Assembly: GCA_040903985.1 (NCBI GenBank)
Contig: JBBDUI010000002.1
Location: 29,361-93,360 of the forward strand
Direction: 5' to 3'
Origin: Candidatus Saccharimonadales bacterium
GTDB taxonomy: Bacteria; Patescibacteriota; Saccharimonadia; QS-5-54-17
DNA length: 64,000 bases
Below are positions 26,101 through 36,771 of the stretch, piece after piece. Position 1 is the first letter of the stretch. Each line of letters begins with the position of its first letter. The notes under the pieces are model-generated. The model was not told the DNA's origin, did not search any database, and worked only from the letters and a program-made list of their open reading frames with translations. Position numbers and translations under genes: made by a program.

Positions 26101-26775
26101 GTGAAATCTATACTGCTTCAACTAGCGACTGATATCAATAAACGCTCTACTTGGATACACCTTGCTATAGCTCTAGTTATATTTACTGTGCTGGCGATCG
26201 GATTTGCCCAGCTGCTGGAAGAGGTGCATGAGGGTGATACTATGTACCTAGATAAAATCGTGCTGCAGCAGATAGGGCAGAGCATTACGGACTCCTGGAA
26301 TAGATTCTACTCAATTGCCACTAGATTTGGTGGCACTCCCTTCATCACCCTAGCGACTATTGTTCTACTCTACGTACTGTTGTGGCAGAGATGGTACTAC
26401 AGAGCTGTCTTTATGGTAGTAAATGTAGTGGGAGCTGGAGTCGCTACTACGGCTATAAAACTATTAGTTGGTCGTGAACGACCTAGCTTGTGGGAACGGA
26501 TTGTGGAGGAGACAAGCTATTCATTTCCAAGCGGTCACGCTGTCGGTAGTATGGCGCTAGCTATTAGCTTGGTCGTAATCTGCTGGCCTACTAGATGGCG
26601 CTGGTCGGTAGTGATTTTTAGTACGCTCTACGTGCTAATCATCGGCTATTCACGTCTCTATCTCGGGGTTCATTATCCAACGGATGTGATCGGTGGGTGG
26701 CTACTGGCCCTGGCTTGGGCCATGACTAGCGGTAGCCTGCTATACGGCTATGGACGGCGGAGGCGTTATGGGTAG
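26101..26775 (+). CDS. PAP2-family phosphatase (phosphatidic acid / undecaprenyl-PP phosphatase-like)
   Basis: All three PAP2 motifs are present: K(x6)RP (GRERPSL), PSGH (SFPSGHAV), and SR(x5)H(x3)D (SRLYLGVHYPTDV). GTG start. Confidence 0.85.
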   Translation: MKSILLQLATDINKRSTWIHLAIALVIFTVLAIGFAQLLEEVHEGDTMYLDKIVLQQIGQSITDSWNRFYSIATRFGGTPFITLATIVLLYVLLWQRWYYRAVFMVVNVVGAGVATTAIKLLVGRERPSLWERIVEETSYSFPSGHAVGSMALAISLVVICWPTRWRWSVVIFSTLYVLIIGYSRLYLGVHYPTDVIGGWLLALAWAMTSGSLLYGYGRRRRYG

Positions 26776-26868
26776 TTGACATGCTGTTCACCCAACTCAG
26801 ACCGACCTAACTATTGACAGAATACGTTCTAGAGTAGATAATCTTAAATAATTAATGAAAGTGTAACC

Positions 26869-27147
26869 ATGAAAAGCCCAGTACTCGCTGCCATCGTCAA
26901 CTTTGTCCTACCTGGATCTGCTTATATACTGCTCAAACAACGGGTACTATTTGGCGGTCTGATTTTAACTTCAGAGCTAATATACCTCCTAGCTCCTCTG
27001 CCACCTGCTGTAGCTGAGGCACTAGATCAATCCTTAGACAACTTTCAGCTTGGAGACTGGAGCTTAGCTATTACCGCCTGGCTGATCTATGCTACAGCGT
27101 TCGCGATTGATGCTTATCGACTCGCTGAAACTAATCTTTCCAGTTAG
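26869..27147 (+). CDS. Small hypothetical membrane protein (92 aa)
   Basis: Two predicted hydrophobic helices. Confidence 0.4.
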   Translation: MKSPVLAAIVNFVLPGSAYILLKQRVLFGGLILTSELIYLLAPLPPAVAEALDQSLDNFQLGDWSLAITAWLIYATAFAIDAYRLAETNLSS

Positions 27148-27181
27148 ATACTAGCAACCAGGTTAAAGAACTGAGTTATTT

Positions 27182-27760
27182 GTGATGTCCGAGTTTGAAC
27201 TAGTACCGATTACTGAAGTAGATGTAGAGAGAACTGCTACCGATCTCCATGCCTGCCTGCAAGAGCAGGAGACCTATCGGCAATTAAAACGTCATCTACC
27301 TGGCCCGCTTAGCTATGGTGAGTCGATTGAAGCAGCTGAGCAGCGCTTGATTAACAATCAGGAAATAGCCAAAGAAGACAGCCGTTTTAAGCCATTCGTG
27401 CAGCTTCTAGGTGAGCACGCTATCGGCATAGCAGTCCTAGACGAGCGATTGGAAGCTAAGCGTCGCCGCTTAATGGCCGGTATCTATATCGGTCACATCA
27501 CAACCACTGGCCCTAGCACATCTAGCTGGATAGCTAGACCTTATCAAGGTAGGGGTTATGGACGGCAATCGTTGGAAGCGAGAATTAAGATCGCGACCGT
27601 AGAGAATGGACATGACGGACTTTGGACAGTAGTAGATACTGGTAATGATGTCTCTAGATGTAACGTAATGGCGCGTGGTTTCGTACCACTCTATACGGGC
27701 GGGAGCTGGGTGGGCGGGCAGACTTTCAAGGATGCGACTGTCTATCAGTACCTTGCTTAA
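27182..27760 (+). CDS. GNAT-family N-acetyltransferase
   Basis: Acetyl-CoA-binding motif Q/R-x-x-G-x-G/A (YQGRGYGRQ) in a GNAT-like context. Confidence 0.55.
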   Translation: MMSEFELVPITEVDVERTATDLHACLQEQETYRQLKRHLPGPLSYGESIEAAEQRLINNQEIAKEDSRFKPFVQLLGEHAIGIAVLDERLEAKRRRLMAGIYIGHITTTGPSTSSWIARPYQGRGYGRQSLEARIKIATVENGHDGLWTVVDTGNDVSRCNVMARGFVPLYTGGSWVGGQTFKDATVYQYLA

Positions 27761-28304
27761 GTGCACTAGCTTCCGGAACGAATAGGGTGCCATCACTGTG
27801 ACGCCTTATCTCATCGGTGCACATTAACTCTTTGAGACGTAGATCGAGAAGTGAGGTGTCCATCTCTAAGCGAGATATAGTGACTAGATCATTACCGCGT
27901 AATGACACGCCTAAGCTACGGATGGTGTCGACTACAAGCGGGATACTAGAACTAAAGGCTATAGTATCACCGTGAAAAGGCTGACTTAGCTCGGTAACTA
28001 ACCGGCCTTGAGGTACTAAAGCTCTTGAGCCGTTTGATCTATAATAGTAACGTTCCAGCCTATCGAAGGGCTTAGTATAGATAGAGAAGCGGATAGGGGT
28101 ACCAGTGTCATTAAGTCTACGTAACTCATCTAGAGACCAGCCCCGACTAAAAGTATCCTCATCTGGATGGAGAAAGGCGACCTGAGACAGTGTAGCTATA
28201 GCAGTATCTAGCTCTTCGTCTTCGTGCTGACGACTGACGAGGCGCAGCAGAAAGGGCTCACTATCGACCGTCTGTCGGGGAGCTCTTTCTAAATTTCCAG
28301 ACAC
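27726..28304 (-). CDS. Hypothetical protein (192 aa)
   Basis: ORF convergent with the GNAT gene. No motif. Confidence 0.4.
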   Translation of the reverse strand: MSGNLERAPRQTVDSEPFLLRLVSRQHEDEELDTAIATLSQVAFLHPDEDTFSRGWSLDELRRLNDTGTPIRFSIYTKPFDRLERYYYRSNGSRALVPQGRLVTELSQPFHGDTIAFSSSIPLVVDTIRSLGVSLRGNDLVTISRLEMDTSLLDLRLKELMCTDEIRRHSDGTLFVPEASALKQGTDRQSHP

Positions 28305-28446
28305 CTTTTTGAGTAGACCTCGTTTTATTACGCTTACGCTATAATTTTTATTGTATGCTTAATCTTTGGTTTGTCTAGTACGCCTTACCCCCTACGATCT
28401 ATTAGATAAGACTAGACCAAGATAGGAGGTTAGGCTGCCAAGGGGC

Positions 28447-28791
28447 TCAGTTAACTGCTTCGGTGTCAGTAGCTGCTATGAATTGTCTGTCGACTGTGCG
28501 AGAGAACTCGTCCACGGCAACCAGTACTGGCAATGCCGCTCGACCTTGACTAGTGAGGCGGTAGAGAACATCGGTTCGCGAGAACTCCCGCCGCTCTATC
28601 AGCCGAGCAGCTTCTAGCTTGCGTAGCTTGGCGGTAAGTGTAACCGGATTGATGTGTCCCGTTGTGCGCTGTAGCTCACAGTAGCGTAGCTCACCCTTAG
28701 AGAGGGCGGAGATTATGCGGAGAGTCCAGTAGTCACCTAGCAACCGAAGGCTGGTAGGACAGATGTTGGTAGTGGACTGAGGCTGATTCAT
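28447..28791 (-). CDS. HxlR-family winged-helix transcriptional regulator
   Basis: CPTSLRLLGDYWTLRIISAL...RYCELQR...INPVTLTAKLRKLEAARLIERRE matches the HxlR/MarR-like DUF24 pattern. Confidence 0.8.
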   Translation of the reverse strand: MNQPQSTTNICPTSLRLLGDYWTLRIISALSKGELRYCELQRTTGHINPVTLTAKLRKLEAARLIERREFSRTDVLYRLTSQGRAALPVLVAVDEFSRTVDRQFIAATDTEAVN

Positions 28792-28917
28792 AATAATTAC
28801 TTGCTACAAAAAATATAGTAGCCTATACTCTAAAATTAAGTGCTATATAAAATATAGTAGCATTTTCGAAGTCGGTAAACTACAACTAATTGATCAAAGA
28901 CTGTAACAGGAGACAAT

Positions 28918-29502
28918 ATGATAACTATCAAAGTAATCGCTGGATCAACTCGACCCGGTAGGTTTAACCCTCAAGTAGCAGAATGGGCTCAGGAGACTGC
29001 CAGTAGGTTCGATGATGAGGTTCGAATTGAGCTAGTCGATCTGGCCGAAATTAACCTACCACTGCTAGACGAATCAGTACCGGCCTCCTCAGGAGAGTAC
29101 GAGCATGAGCACACCAAGGACTGGTCTAAGGTAATAGCTGAAGCGGACGGCTTCATCTTCGTTACTCCCGAGTATAACCACTCTATCTCGGCCGCCCTGA
29201 AGAATGCCATCGACTACCTCTACGCCGAATGGAGCTATAAGCCCGCCACAATCATCAGCTACGGCTCGGCTGGCGGAGGTACCCGGGCCGCTGAACATCT
29301 GCGCGGAATCTGCGCAGAGATAAAAATCTACGATCTACGTGAGCAGTTGATATTGGCTAACTACTGGGATCGTTTGGATGAGTCGGGACAGTATCAGTTT
29401 AGCGAGGGCGAGGAGACTGCCCTGGAGGCTCAACTAAATAGTCTGATATTCTGGGCAAAGCAGATGAAGACTGCGCGTGAGGAGCTAGCTCAAATAAGCT
29501 AG
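28918..29502 (+). CDS. NAD(P)H-dependent FMN reductase (flavodoxin-like fold)
   Basis: MITIKVIAGSTRPGRFN...FVTPEYNHSISAALKNAIDYL pattern of the NADPH-dependent FMN reductase family. Divergent from the HxlR gene. Confidence 0.8.
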   Translation: MITIKVIAGSTRPGRFNPQVAEWAQETASRFDDEVRIELVDLAEINLPLLDESVPASSGEYEHEHTKDWSKVIAEADGFIFVTPEYNHSISAALKNAIDYLYAEWSYKPATIISYGSAGGGTRAAEHLRGICAEIKIYDLREQLILANYWDRLDESGQYQFSEGEETALEAQLNSLIFWAKQMKTAREELAQIS

Positions 29503-29707
29503 GGATTGCTCATATAGACTAAGCCCGACCGATTCTTCAAGAGTATATCGTTCAGTACAAAGCCGGTAGCCGTAAGTAGCCTGAATGACGGAATCGCTCG
29601 CATCAACTGGTATAGTTAACCTAAAGTAGTTATATAAGTTAACGGTTAGCTGACCACCAGCTAACTCAGCTGTGGCGGCTAACACCCGCCTTAATTTAAG
29701 AGGTTCT

Positions 29708-31369
29708 ATGATATTGTCCGCCCACATTACAGAAAAGTCGTTCGGTAGTTCTCAGCTACATAGTAACGTTGATCTTGAGATTCAGGAGAGAGAGAAGGTC
29801 GGTCTGATTGGCCGCAACGGAACCGGAAAATCTACATTATTCCACATTTTAACTGGTGAGGATACCGACTACCAAGGCCAGATAAAGGTTAAGCGAGGCG
29901 CTACTGTAGTCAGTAGTCGGCAGGAACATTACGGTTTTGAGGCCAAGAGTGTCTTAGAGTACATTCTCGGTGACTTACCTGAGTATCAAGAACTAGCCCA
30001 CATCATCGATACCTATCCGCAGACGATGGGGAGCAATCCTCGTAAAATTCAAGCATATACCGATGCTCTAGAACGCTTCGGAAAACTAGAATACTTCGAG
30101 ATTGAAGGTGAGCTAGAACAGTCCCTAAAGCAATACCAGCTTACTACCACTAATCTGCACCAAAGTTTAGGCTCACTTAGTGGTGGTCAGAAGCGGATGG
30201 TAGAGTTGATCAAGATGCAGCGTAGTCGAGGGGATATCATTTTGATTGACGAACCGACCAACCACATGGATTACGTGGCTAAGAACACCTTTATCGAGTG
30301 GCTAGATGCAGCGAATGAGGCAGCTCTCATCGTCACACACGACCGAGACGTGCTGAATAACGTCGACCGTATCATCGAACTCCGTGACGGTATAAGCTAT
30401 TCATTTCGCGGTAATTATTCGAGCTACTTACGTACAAACAAAACTCAAGTCACATCTGAAGTTAGTACCTATGACTTAACCCAAAAAAGAATACAGACTC
30501 TCGAACAGGACGTCATCCGTTTTAAACGCATGAAGGAGAAGGCGCGAAACCCGGGCACCATTAAACGATTTAAGTCTCAAGAACTAAAAGCCCGAGCAGA
30601 ACTAAACAAGCTCTCAGAGCTGGAGAGGCCTTCATTCTGGATCGACCAGGAGACGGCACTTGAGATGAACGATAAGGTTACTAAGGCGTATGACAAGTAC
30701 AAGGCAACTAATATTCGCGTGAGTACACGTAAGAAACAGCGTGAGGGGAGCGGCAAGGTCCTAATTAAAATCGATAAGCTGAGCTTAGGCTATGACGAAG
30801 ATCCGCTATTCGATAAGCTGAGCTTAAGTTTACGCGAAGGAGAGCGTCTGCGGCTACATGGACGTAACGGAAGTGGTAAAACTACCTTAGTACAGGCCAT
30901 TATGGCTAGGGCGCAGCATGAGGTGTCACCATCACAGCAGTTCAGTGGTAATATCTGGATCGAGAATGGTATCCGGATCGGACTATACGAACAAGCAATC
31001 AGCCCAGGCTATCTATCCCTAACCTTAGCTGAGGCTATAGAGGGCATTCATCGGAGCTTAGATTTGCCGGTCAATCAACAACGCGTCAAACAGCTATTGA
31101 GCGACTATCTCTTTGATCCCGGTAGCGATGGTAAAACTCCGGTTAAGTTGCTAAGTGGCGGACAGAAAGCACGGTTGCAGCTGATAGCTATGCTAGCTGG
31201 TGATCCACAGATACTGATCCTCGATGAGCCGACCAACCACTTAGACCTCCCCAGTATTGAAGAGCTAGAGAATGCTCTATCCGACTATCATGGCGCTATC
31301 ATCTACGTCTCGCACGATAGTTTCTTCGCTGACAAACTAGGGGGCGAAGAAATAAAGATTGGTTCCTAG
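29708..31369 (+). CDS. ABC-F family ATPase (tandem ABC domains, no TMD; translation-associated)
   Basis: Two Walker A (GRNGTGKST, GRNGSGKTT), two signature motifs (LSGGQKRMV, LSGGQKARL), two Walker B (ILIDEPTNHMD, LILDEPTNHLD) and an inter-domain linker. Start chosen at MILSAHITEKSFG with aagagg RBS; the ORF extends upstream to 29672. Confidence 0.88.
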   Translation: MILSAHITEKSFGSSQLHSNVDLEIQEREKVGLIGRNGTGKSTLFHILTGEDTDYQGQIKVKRGATVVSSRQEHYGFEAKSVLEYILGDLPEYQELAHIIDTYPQTMGSNPRKIQAYTDALERFGKLEYFEIEGELEQSLKQYQLTTTNLHQSLGSLSGGQKRMVELIKMQRSRGDIILIDEPTNHMDYVAKNTFIEWLDAANEAALIVTHDRDVLNNVDRIIELRDGISYSFRGNYSSYLRTNKTQVTSEVSTYDLTQKRIQTLEQDVIRFKRMKEKARNPGTIKRFKSQELKARAELNKLSELERPSFWIDQETALEMNDKVTKAYDKYKATNIRVSTRKKQREGSGKVLIKIDKLSLGYDEDPLFDKLSLSLREGERLRLHGRNGSGKTTLVQAIMARAQHEVSPSQQFSGNIWIENGIRIGLYEQAISPGYLSLTLAEAIEGIHRSLDLPVNQQRVKQLLSDYLFDPGSDGKTPVKLLSGGQKARLQLIAMLAGDPQILILDEPTNHLDLPSIEELENALSDYHGAIIYVSHDSFFADKLGGEEIKIGS

Positions 31370-31414
31370 TCAATAAGCTACTCTTAATTAGTGGGGCTAG
31401 AGGGCTTTTAAGCC

Positions 31415-31693
31415 TTAGTTAGTATTTCTAGCTAAAACATAATCGTAAGGGGATGGGAGCTGTAGGGGTGGCTTCTCGATTGCCTCAGCTTCATTCTTTT
31501 CTGCTCTCAACACACCGGCCCCGATTAGCTGCAGCTCCATCTTCTCGCTTGAATGTTTAAGTCTCGTGAGTCGAGCGTGAAGTTCAGCATTCTCACGATC
31601 AATGTTGACGTAATGAATGCCATAACCTACCATACCCGCCAAAACAACGGAGAAGGCGACTACGAGAGTAAATACAAGTTTAGAAATATACAC
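31415..31693 (-). CDS. Small TM plus coiled-coil protein, possibly an FtsB/DivIC-like septum protein
   Basis: N-terminal TM helix followed by a heptad-like segment (ENAELHARLTRLKHSSEKMELQL). Weak call. Confidence 0.35.
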   Translation of the reverse strand: MYISKLVFTLVVAFSVVLAGMVGYGIHYVNIDRENAELHARLTRLKHSSEKMELQLIGAGVLRAEKNEAEAIEKPPLQLPSPYDYVLARNTN

Positions 31694-31836
31694 TACTCAC
31701 ACTCCTTGGCACACATATACTATAGTTATATAGTAACTTTTTATCGTCGCTCTATCCGTGACAAAACGCACAACCCCGGTGCTAACAAGATAGCTCGTTA
31801 ATTACAATTAAGTAGGTCTTACTCAGTAAATGGGGG

Positions 31837-32514
31837 TTAAGAGTAAGCTAGCTGCTTAAGCCGTTTTACATCATTAACGGTGATGTATTGGGTGCTATCA
31901 GTAGTAATAATTTGCTCCTGTCGAAGCTTAGATATCTCACGTGAGACTGTTTCTCGAGCGACACTTAATACGTAAGCTAAATCCTGATGAGTCAACGGAG
32001 CTATGATTCGGATCCCAACATCAGAGAACTCACCAAAGGTAGTAGCATAGAAAAGAAGCTGATGTGCTAGGCGCTGATAGGATGAGCGAAGTGCCAGATT
32101 CTCTAAACGTTGAATATTAGAAGTCAGTCTCTCACCGGCCACCTTTAGCAAATCACGATAAATCAATGGATCATGTTCTAAATCGGATGACAGTGTGGCC
32201 GCCTCTAGACCATACAGCTCGACACTAGACATCGCCTCATAATAGAAAGTCTCGGGCCCTCTATACAGATCTTGATCAAAAATCTCCTTCATAACTACCG
32301 TTAAGGGGAATACTGAACCGGCCCCGTATACACTTTGAATACTTTGTAGACCATCAGCAGTGATGAGGTAACGTTTAACAAAACCTGATTTAACCATTAA
32401 TACCAGCTGAGTTTCGTCATCTGTAGTCTGGATGAGCTCACCTTTACTGTAGGTCCTTGTTTTGCCCTGGCGTAAGGCTATTTCGAGATCGGTAAGTTTC
32501 ATGTCATTACTCAT
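31837..32514 (-). CDS. Crp/Fnr-family transcriptional regulator (cNMP-binding domain plus C-terminal HTH)
   Basis: Beta-roll-like region (KSGFVKRYLITADGLQ..YGAGSVFPL) and a C-terminal HTH (ARETVSREISKLRQEQII). Confidence 0.75.
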   Translation of the reverse strand: MSNDMKLTDLEIALRQGKTRTYSKGELIQTTDDETQLVLMVKSGFVKRYLITADGLQSIQSVYGAGSVFPLTVVMKEIFDQDLYRGPETFYYEAMSSVELYGLEAATLSSDLEHDPLIYRDLLKVAGERLTSNIQRLENLALRSSYQRLAHQLLFYATTFGEFSDVGIRIIAPLTHQDLAYVLSVARETVSREISKLRQEQIITTDSTQYITVNDVKRLKQLAYS

Positions 32515-32660
32515 GGTTAAACTAATACAACCACTTTCGGCCTATTAGAGTCAACATGAGTCGTATCGATGGCAGTATCTAGCTCCACACATCATCTTCT
32601 ATTCCTCTACTTATAGGTGGTATAATAGACAATCAATTTAAACTTATACAAGGTTTATTT

Positions 32661-33587
32661 ATGTCAGAGAGATATCAGCGGCCTAGCGAAAGATTTTCTG
32701 ATTACGCTGCGGATAGCGGTGTCTTGCTTTTTGAGCAGTACGCTGGTGAGGAGCCAAACGTCGGTGAACGGTGGAAATATTACGATTTGGCAACCTCGCC
32801 CATTGACTTTGAGCATGAAATATTGAGCCTGCTTGATCTTGATGCCGACGCAATCGTGGCAGATGTCGGATGTGAGAGGGCTACCCTACTTCAAGATATG
32901 CGCTTAAGGTACCGGCATCGTGGCGCTCTAATCGGAGTTGATCTCTATCCTGAGAAGTTAGCGGCGGTTTCCCAAGAACTGAACGACCTCGGGGCCGAAG
33001 GTATTCACTTTATAGCCGGAAATGCTAAAGAGTTACCGCTAAAAACCGATTCTCTAGACGCACTGTTCTGCCTATTTATGCTCTACCACCTAGAAGACCC
33101 CAGGGAAGGATTAAGCGAGATTAGACGTACCGTTAAACCTGGCGGTAAAATCCTAATCAGTACTAGCGGTAAGACTAATAAGAGACGCCACCGTGAGATA
33201 GAAATGGAGATTGCTTCCTATCTAGGCATAAAGCCGCCGCCAATATTTACATCTTCATTTAACTCTATTATCGCTGCAGAAGAGTTGCCGAAGTGGTTTC
33301 AAGTGCAGGGGCGAATCCGCCAGGCCGGATGGGCTAAGATCAAAAGTCAGTCGGGGTATGAAATTTACCGAAACTCGCTTGCTACTATGAGAAGCACCTT
33401 TAGCCCAGCGCCTAGTGATGAGCAGTGGGATGATGCCATTCGTAATGTTTTGGTACCAGCTATAAACTACGATATCGACCAGCAACCGATGTACGATGGG
33501 AGCGGCACCTTACAACCACGTTACTTCCGAGATACAGTTGAACGCGACTTCTTTATCTGTGTTAATAACGAGCCGCACACTGGCTGA
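32661..33587 (+). CDS. Class I SAM-dependent methyltransferase
   Basis: Motif I-like VADVGCE, acidic loop IGVDLYPEK, and a post-II region consistent with a Rossmann-fold methyltransferase. Confidence 0.65.
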   Translation: MSERYQRPSERFSDYAADSGVLLFEQYAGEEPNVGERWKYYDLATSPIDFEHEILSLLDLDADAIVADVGCERATLLQDMRLRYRHRGALIGVDLYPEKLAAVSQELNDLGAEGIHFIAGNAKELPLKTDSLDALFCLFMLYHLEDPREGLSEIRRTVKPGGKILISTSGKTNKRRHREIEMEIASYLGIKPPPIFTSSFNSIIAAEELPKWFQVQGRIRQAGWAKIKSQSGYEIYRNSLATMRSTFSPAPSDEQWDDAIRNVLVPAINYDIDQQPMYDGSGTLQPRYFRDTVERDFFICVNNEPHTG

Positions 33588-33736
33588 GTGGAGCGATTTA
33601 GTCACCCTAACTCCAATACAAAAACTATTAATAAAAACCCAACCGGGACCTTAACTTAGACTCAAATAAGATCATACGACAACCTGAACTTTGCCCCAAA
33701 ATGTTATAATCAAAAGAGCTGTAACGGAGAGGTAAA

Positions 33737-34186
33737 ATGCCGAGCCCGTATAAGTCGCTGTCCCTAACGGTCGGTGTGCACTTTTTAATTATGTTTGCGC
33801 TAACCTATGTCGCGGTTAATGCATTTAGCGATATATTGTTCAGTTTAAATAAACTTTATATGGCCGTGATCATGGTAGTACCTATGGTAGTCCTAATGCT
33901 ACTGTTCATGAGCCATATGTTTGAGAATAAAAAGCTTAATAAGCTAATCTACCTAGCCAGTGCAGCTCTATTCCTGCTAATTTTTGTAGCCATTCGTGAC
34001 CAAACTTTTAGTGACAACGAACGTTTCCTTAGCTCTATGATTCCGCATCACTCTAGTGCAATCGTCATGTGTGAGCGTTCAGAGTTAACCGATCCGGAAA
34101 TCATCACACTCTGTGAAGAGATAGTGGAAACTCAAAAAAAAGAAATCGATCAAATGAATGCCATTCGCACGCGGTTAAACCGGTAG
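33737..34186 (+). CDS. DUF305-family protein (membrane-anchored)
   Basis: N-terminal TM helices. C-terminal FLSSMIPHHSSAIVMCE...IVETQKKEIDQMNAI matches the DUF305 HH...M / Q..EI..M pattern. Confidence 0.55.
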   Translation: MPSPYKSLSLTVGVHFLIMFALTYVAVNAFSDILFSLNKLYMAVIMVVPMVVLMLLFMSHMFENKKLNKLIYLASAALFLLIFVAIRDQTFSDNERFLSSMIPHHSSAIVMCERSELTDPEIITLCEEIVETQKKEIDQMNAIRTRLNR

Positions 34187-34301
34187 CAGCTAATCGGCCC
34201 CCCGATTTCTCGCTTGACGTTAAACTATCTCTATCTGTAGGGCGCTCCTAGTCGGTGGATGGTGTAGAATATTAGGTGATGCAGGATAATGGAGCAACTA
34301 A

Positions 34302-35240
34302 ATGGCTACAACCTCAAAGAATGCTGCGAAAAAAAGTCTTAGATTTGAAAATAACACTGACCTGCTGCTCTACGGCTTAATATTTATCCTCTGGTATGCT
34401 TATCTGTTCATGACCCTGGCAACGCCAATCGATGTACCATATGATCTGTCTAACAATATAGTTTTAACTTTACGCATAACTATAGCTGCACCGTTTTTAG
34501 CTATCTGGTTCTCCGGCATCTATGCTTACATCAGAACAATTGCTTACAGCCACGCCTTAAGGGGGTGGGCTGGTGAGATTGCCTTTAAGCGCATAGCCTA
34601 CGGTATCCTCTTTCTGTTAAGTGGAGCAATCATCCCCTCGCTACTTAGCACTTCCTCTAACTATTTCAGCCTAGACGGTGGTTCTGAAATTATAGTAACG
34701 GTTTTAATTAACTATTTCCGAGTAGTGCCATACTTAATAGCTTTTCTATTGTTCTTCGATGGAGTCCGTCGGTTAAGTCGAGCTGAGAATATATTTATCC
34801 CTGTTAAACGAGCTGTTGTTACACTTGCTCCGTTATTAATTCTAGCCTTCGTTTGGCTTGAGATAATCTTCAGTAATCCGCTTAGGACTGATGGCATATA
34901 CCATCTGCGGGATAGTTTGATTATCTTAACCCTAGTCCTGCCGTCGCTTACTGCCTGGGCTCTGGGCGGACTGGCCGCGCTCAGTTTTCACAACTACGCG
35001 GCTAAAGTAAGTGGAACCATCTACGCTAAGGCCCTTAAGTTTTTCGTAGTCGGTTTAGTGGCCGTAGTCTTCAGCTCTATCATGCTACAATCGTTTACTT
35101 CACTCGGCACTGAACGATTGCTAGAGCTCCGCATTCGAGAACTTCTACTGATCATATACATTTTTCTAGGTTTACAAGGCAGTGGATATTTCTTTATGGC
35201 TAGAGGGGCAAAAAAACTTACTAAGATTGAAGTTGTCTAG
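34302..35240 (+). CDS. Hypothetical polytopic membrane protein (312 aa)
   Basis: Eight or more hydrophobic helices. Immediately upstream of a small ORF and the histidine kinase gene. Confidence 0.55.
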   Translation: MATTSKNAAKKSLRFENNTDLLLYGLIFILWYAYLFMTLATPIDVPYDLSNNIVLTLRITIAAPFLAIWFSGIYAYIRTIAYSHALRGWAGEIAFKRIAYGILFLLSGAIIPSLLSTSSNYFSLDGGSEIIVTVLINYFRVVPYLIAFLLFFDGVRRLSRAENIFIPVKRAVVTLAPLLILAFVWLEIIFSNPLRTDGIYHLRDSLIILTLVLPSLTAWALGGLAALSFHNYAAKVSGTIYAKALKFFVVGLVAVVFSSIMLQSFTSLGTERLLELRIRELLLIIYIFLGLQGSGYFFMARGAKKLTKIEVV

Positions 35241-35242
35241 TT

Positions 35243-35476
35243 ATGGATTCTATTTATCAGAAGGCACTGAGAGTTACCTCCGACTACCTCGGTCCGGCAG
35301 CTGATCGTTTCTTACGACGCCAGATATCATTTCATCTAGAGAAAGAACCAGAACACCTAACGCCTGCCGACGTACCCTTACTAGCGGAATGGGTAAAGGT
35401 ATCAATCGCCATCTTGACCGAGGATAAGCAGATGGTTGATGAGTTCGGTAAACGTTTTAAAGCTTTGGTCGAGTAA
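35243..35476 (+). CDS. Hypothetical small protein (77 aa)
   Basis: ORF located between the membrane protein and HK genes with 2-3 nt spacing. Confidence 0.4.
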   Translation: MDSIYQKALRVTSDYLGPAADRFLRRQISFHLEKEPEHLTPADVPLLAEWVKVSIAILTEDKQMVDEFGKRFKALVE

Positions 35477-35478
35477 AA

Positions 35479-36621
35479 ATGAGTAGTTCGCAAAAGCTGC
35501 CAAGTAATGCCGCTAAGCTCGATGAGTTGATGGAGGTGTACGTTAGCCGGCTAGAGAAGAAAGTGGCCATGGAAAGTAAAAGCTTACAGATGATGGCCGA
35601 TGCTGTGCCACAGATAGTCTGGATGGCCGATCCCGAGGGAAAACCAGACTACTACAATATGCGGTGGTATGCCTATACTGGCCTCCCTCCCGGTTCGGAA
35701 GGCAGAACGCTAAACTGGAGTAAAGTTCTACACCCAGAGGACGAACAGAAAGTTAAAACAGCCTGGCAGCACTCGGTCAAGACAGGAGAAACCTTCGAAG
35801 AGGAGTTTAGGTTAAAGAAGCACGAAACCGGTCAGTACCGCTGGTTTCTAGGTCGAGCAAGATGTGGTCGTGACCCTAAAGGAGACGTCATGCGGTGGTT
35901 TGGCACGAGTACAGATATTCATGAGTACAAACAAGCCCAGCAGGATAAAGATGAGTTTATCGCCATTGCCAGTCATGAGCTGAAAACACCTATTACTAGC
36001 ATTAAGCTGTTTACCGAGGTGATTAAGCGACAATTATCTGAAAAGCGTGACCAAAAGTTAGTCCAGCAGTTCAACCTAATGGATGGTCAGGTGATGCGCC
36101 TTAGTAATCTAGTAGATGATCTGCTTGATATATCACGCTTAGACGCTAGCAAACTAGACTTCCGTCAGGAGAAGTTTAATATCGATCAATTGATAGATGA
36201 TACAGTGAGCAATTTCAGACTAACCAGCGCAGATCACATCTTTCATACGGAAAGCACTCCAAACTTATTGGTCTGCGCCGATAAGCATCGGGTTGAGCAA
36301 GTGCTAGTAAACCTCATCACAAACGGCATTAAGTATTCTCCCGACGGCAGTACTATAACCATAGCGGTGAAACGCCAGAAGATGATGGTGATAGTAAGCG
36401 TAAAAGACGAAGGGATAGGTATACCGAAGTCACAACAAAAACAGATCTTCACTCGTTTTTTCCGTGTCGATGATCCACGCAAGAAGCAGGATTCCACAGG
36501 ATTAGGCCTCGGTTTATATATTTCGGCCGAAATAGTTAAACGGGAAGGCGGCAAAATATGGCTGGAAAGTACAGCCAACAAAGGATCTACCTTCTACTTC
36601 AGTCTACCGCTTGCCGTTTAA
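35479..36621 (+). CDS. Sensor histidine kinase (PAS-like domain plus HisKA plus HATPase_c), cytoplasmic
   Basis: H-box IASHELKTPITSI, N-box LVNLITNGIKYS, G-boxes DEGIGIP and GLGLGLYIS. No TM segments. Confidence 0.85.
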   Translation: MSSSQKLPSNAAKLDELMEVYVSRLEKKVAMESKSLQMMADAVPQIVWMADPEGKPDYYNMRWYAYTGLPPGSEGRTLNWSKVLHPEDEQKVKTAWQHSVKTGETFEEEFRLKKHETGQYRWFLGRARCGRDPKGDVMRWFGTSTDIHEYKQAQQDKDEFIAIASHELKTPITSIKLFTEVIKRQLSEKRDQKLVQQFNLMDGQVMRLSNLVDDLLDISRLDASKLDFRQEKFNIDQLIDDTVSNFRLTSADHIFHTESTPNLLVCADKHRVEQVLVNLITNGIKYSPDGSTITIAVKRQKMMVIVSVKDEGIGIPKSQQKQIFTRFFRVDDPRKKQDSTGLGLGLYISAEIVKREGGKIWLESTANKGSTFYFSLPLAV

Positions 36622-36771
36622 ATCAGCCGCCGGTAATCACTAAGATTCCCGCTACAGGAATTAAAAATGATACTATGTAACATGATATACCATCGACTAT
36701 AAAGTAAGTCGTGGTACTATCCGCTACTAGTTGCTAAATAAACACTTAACACCTATGGAGTAGAGATAGTT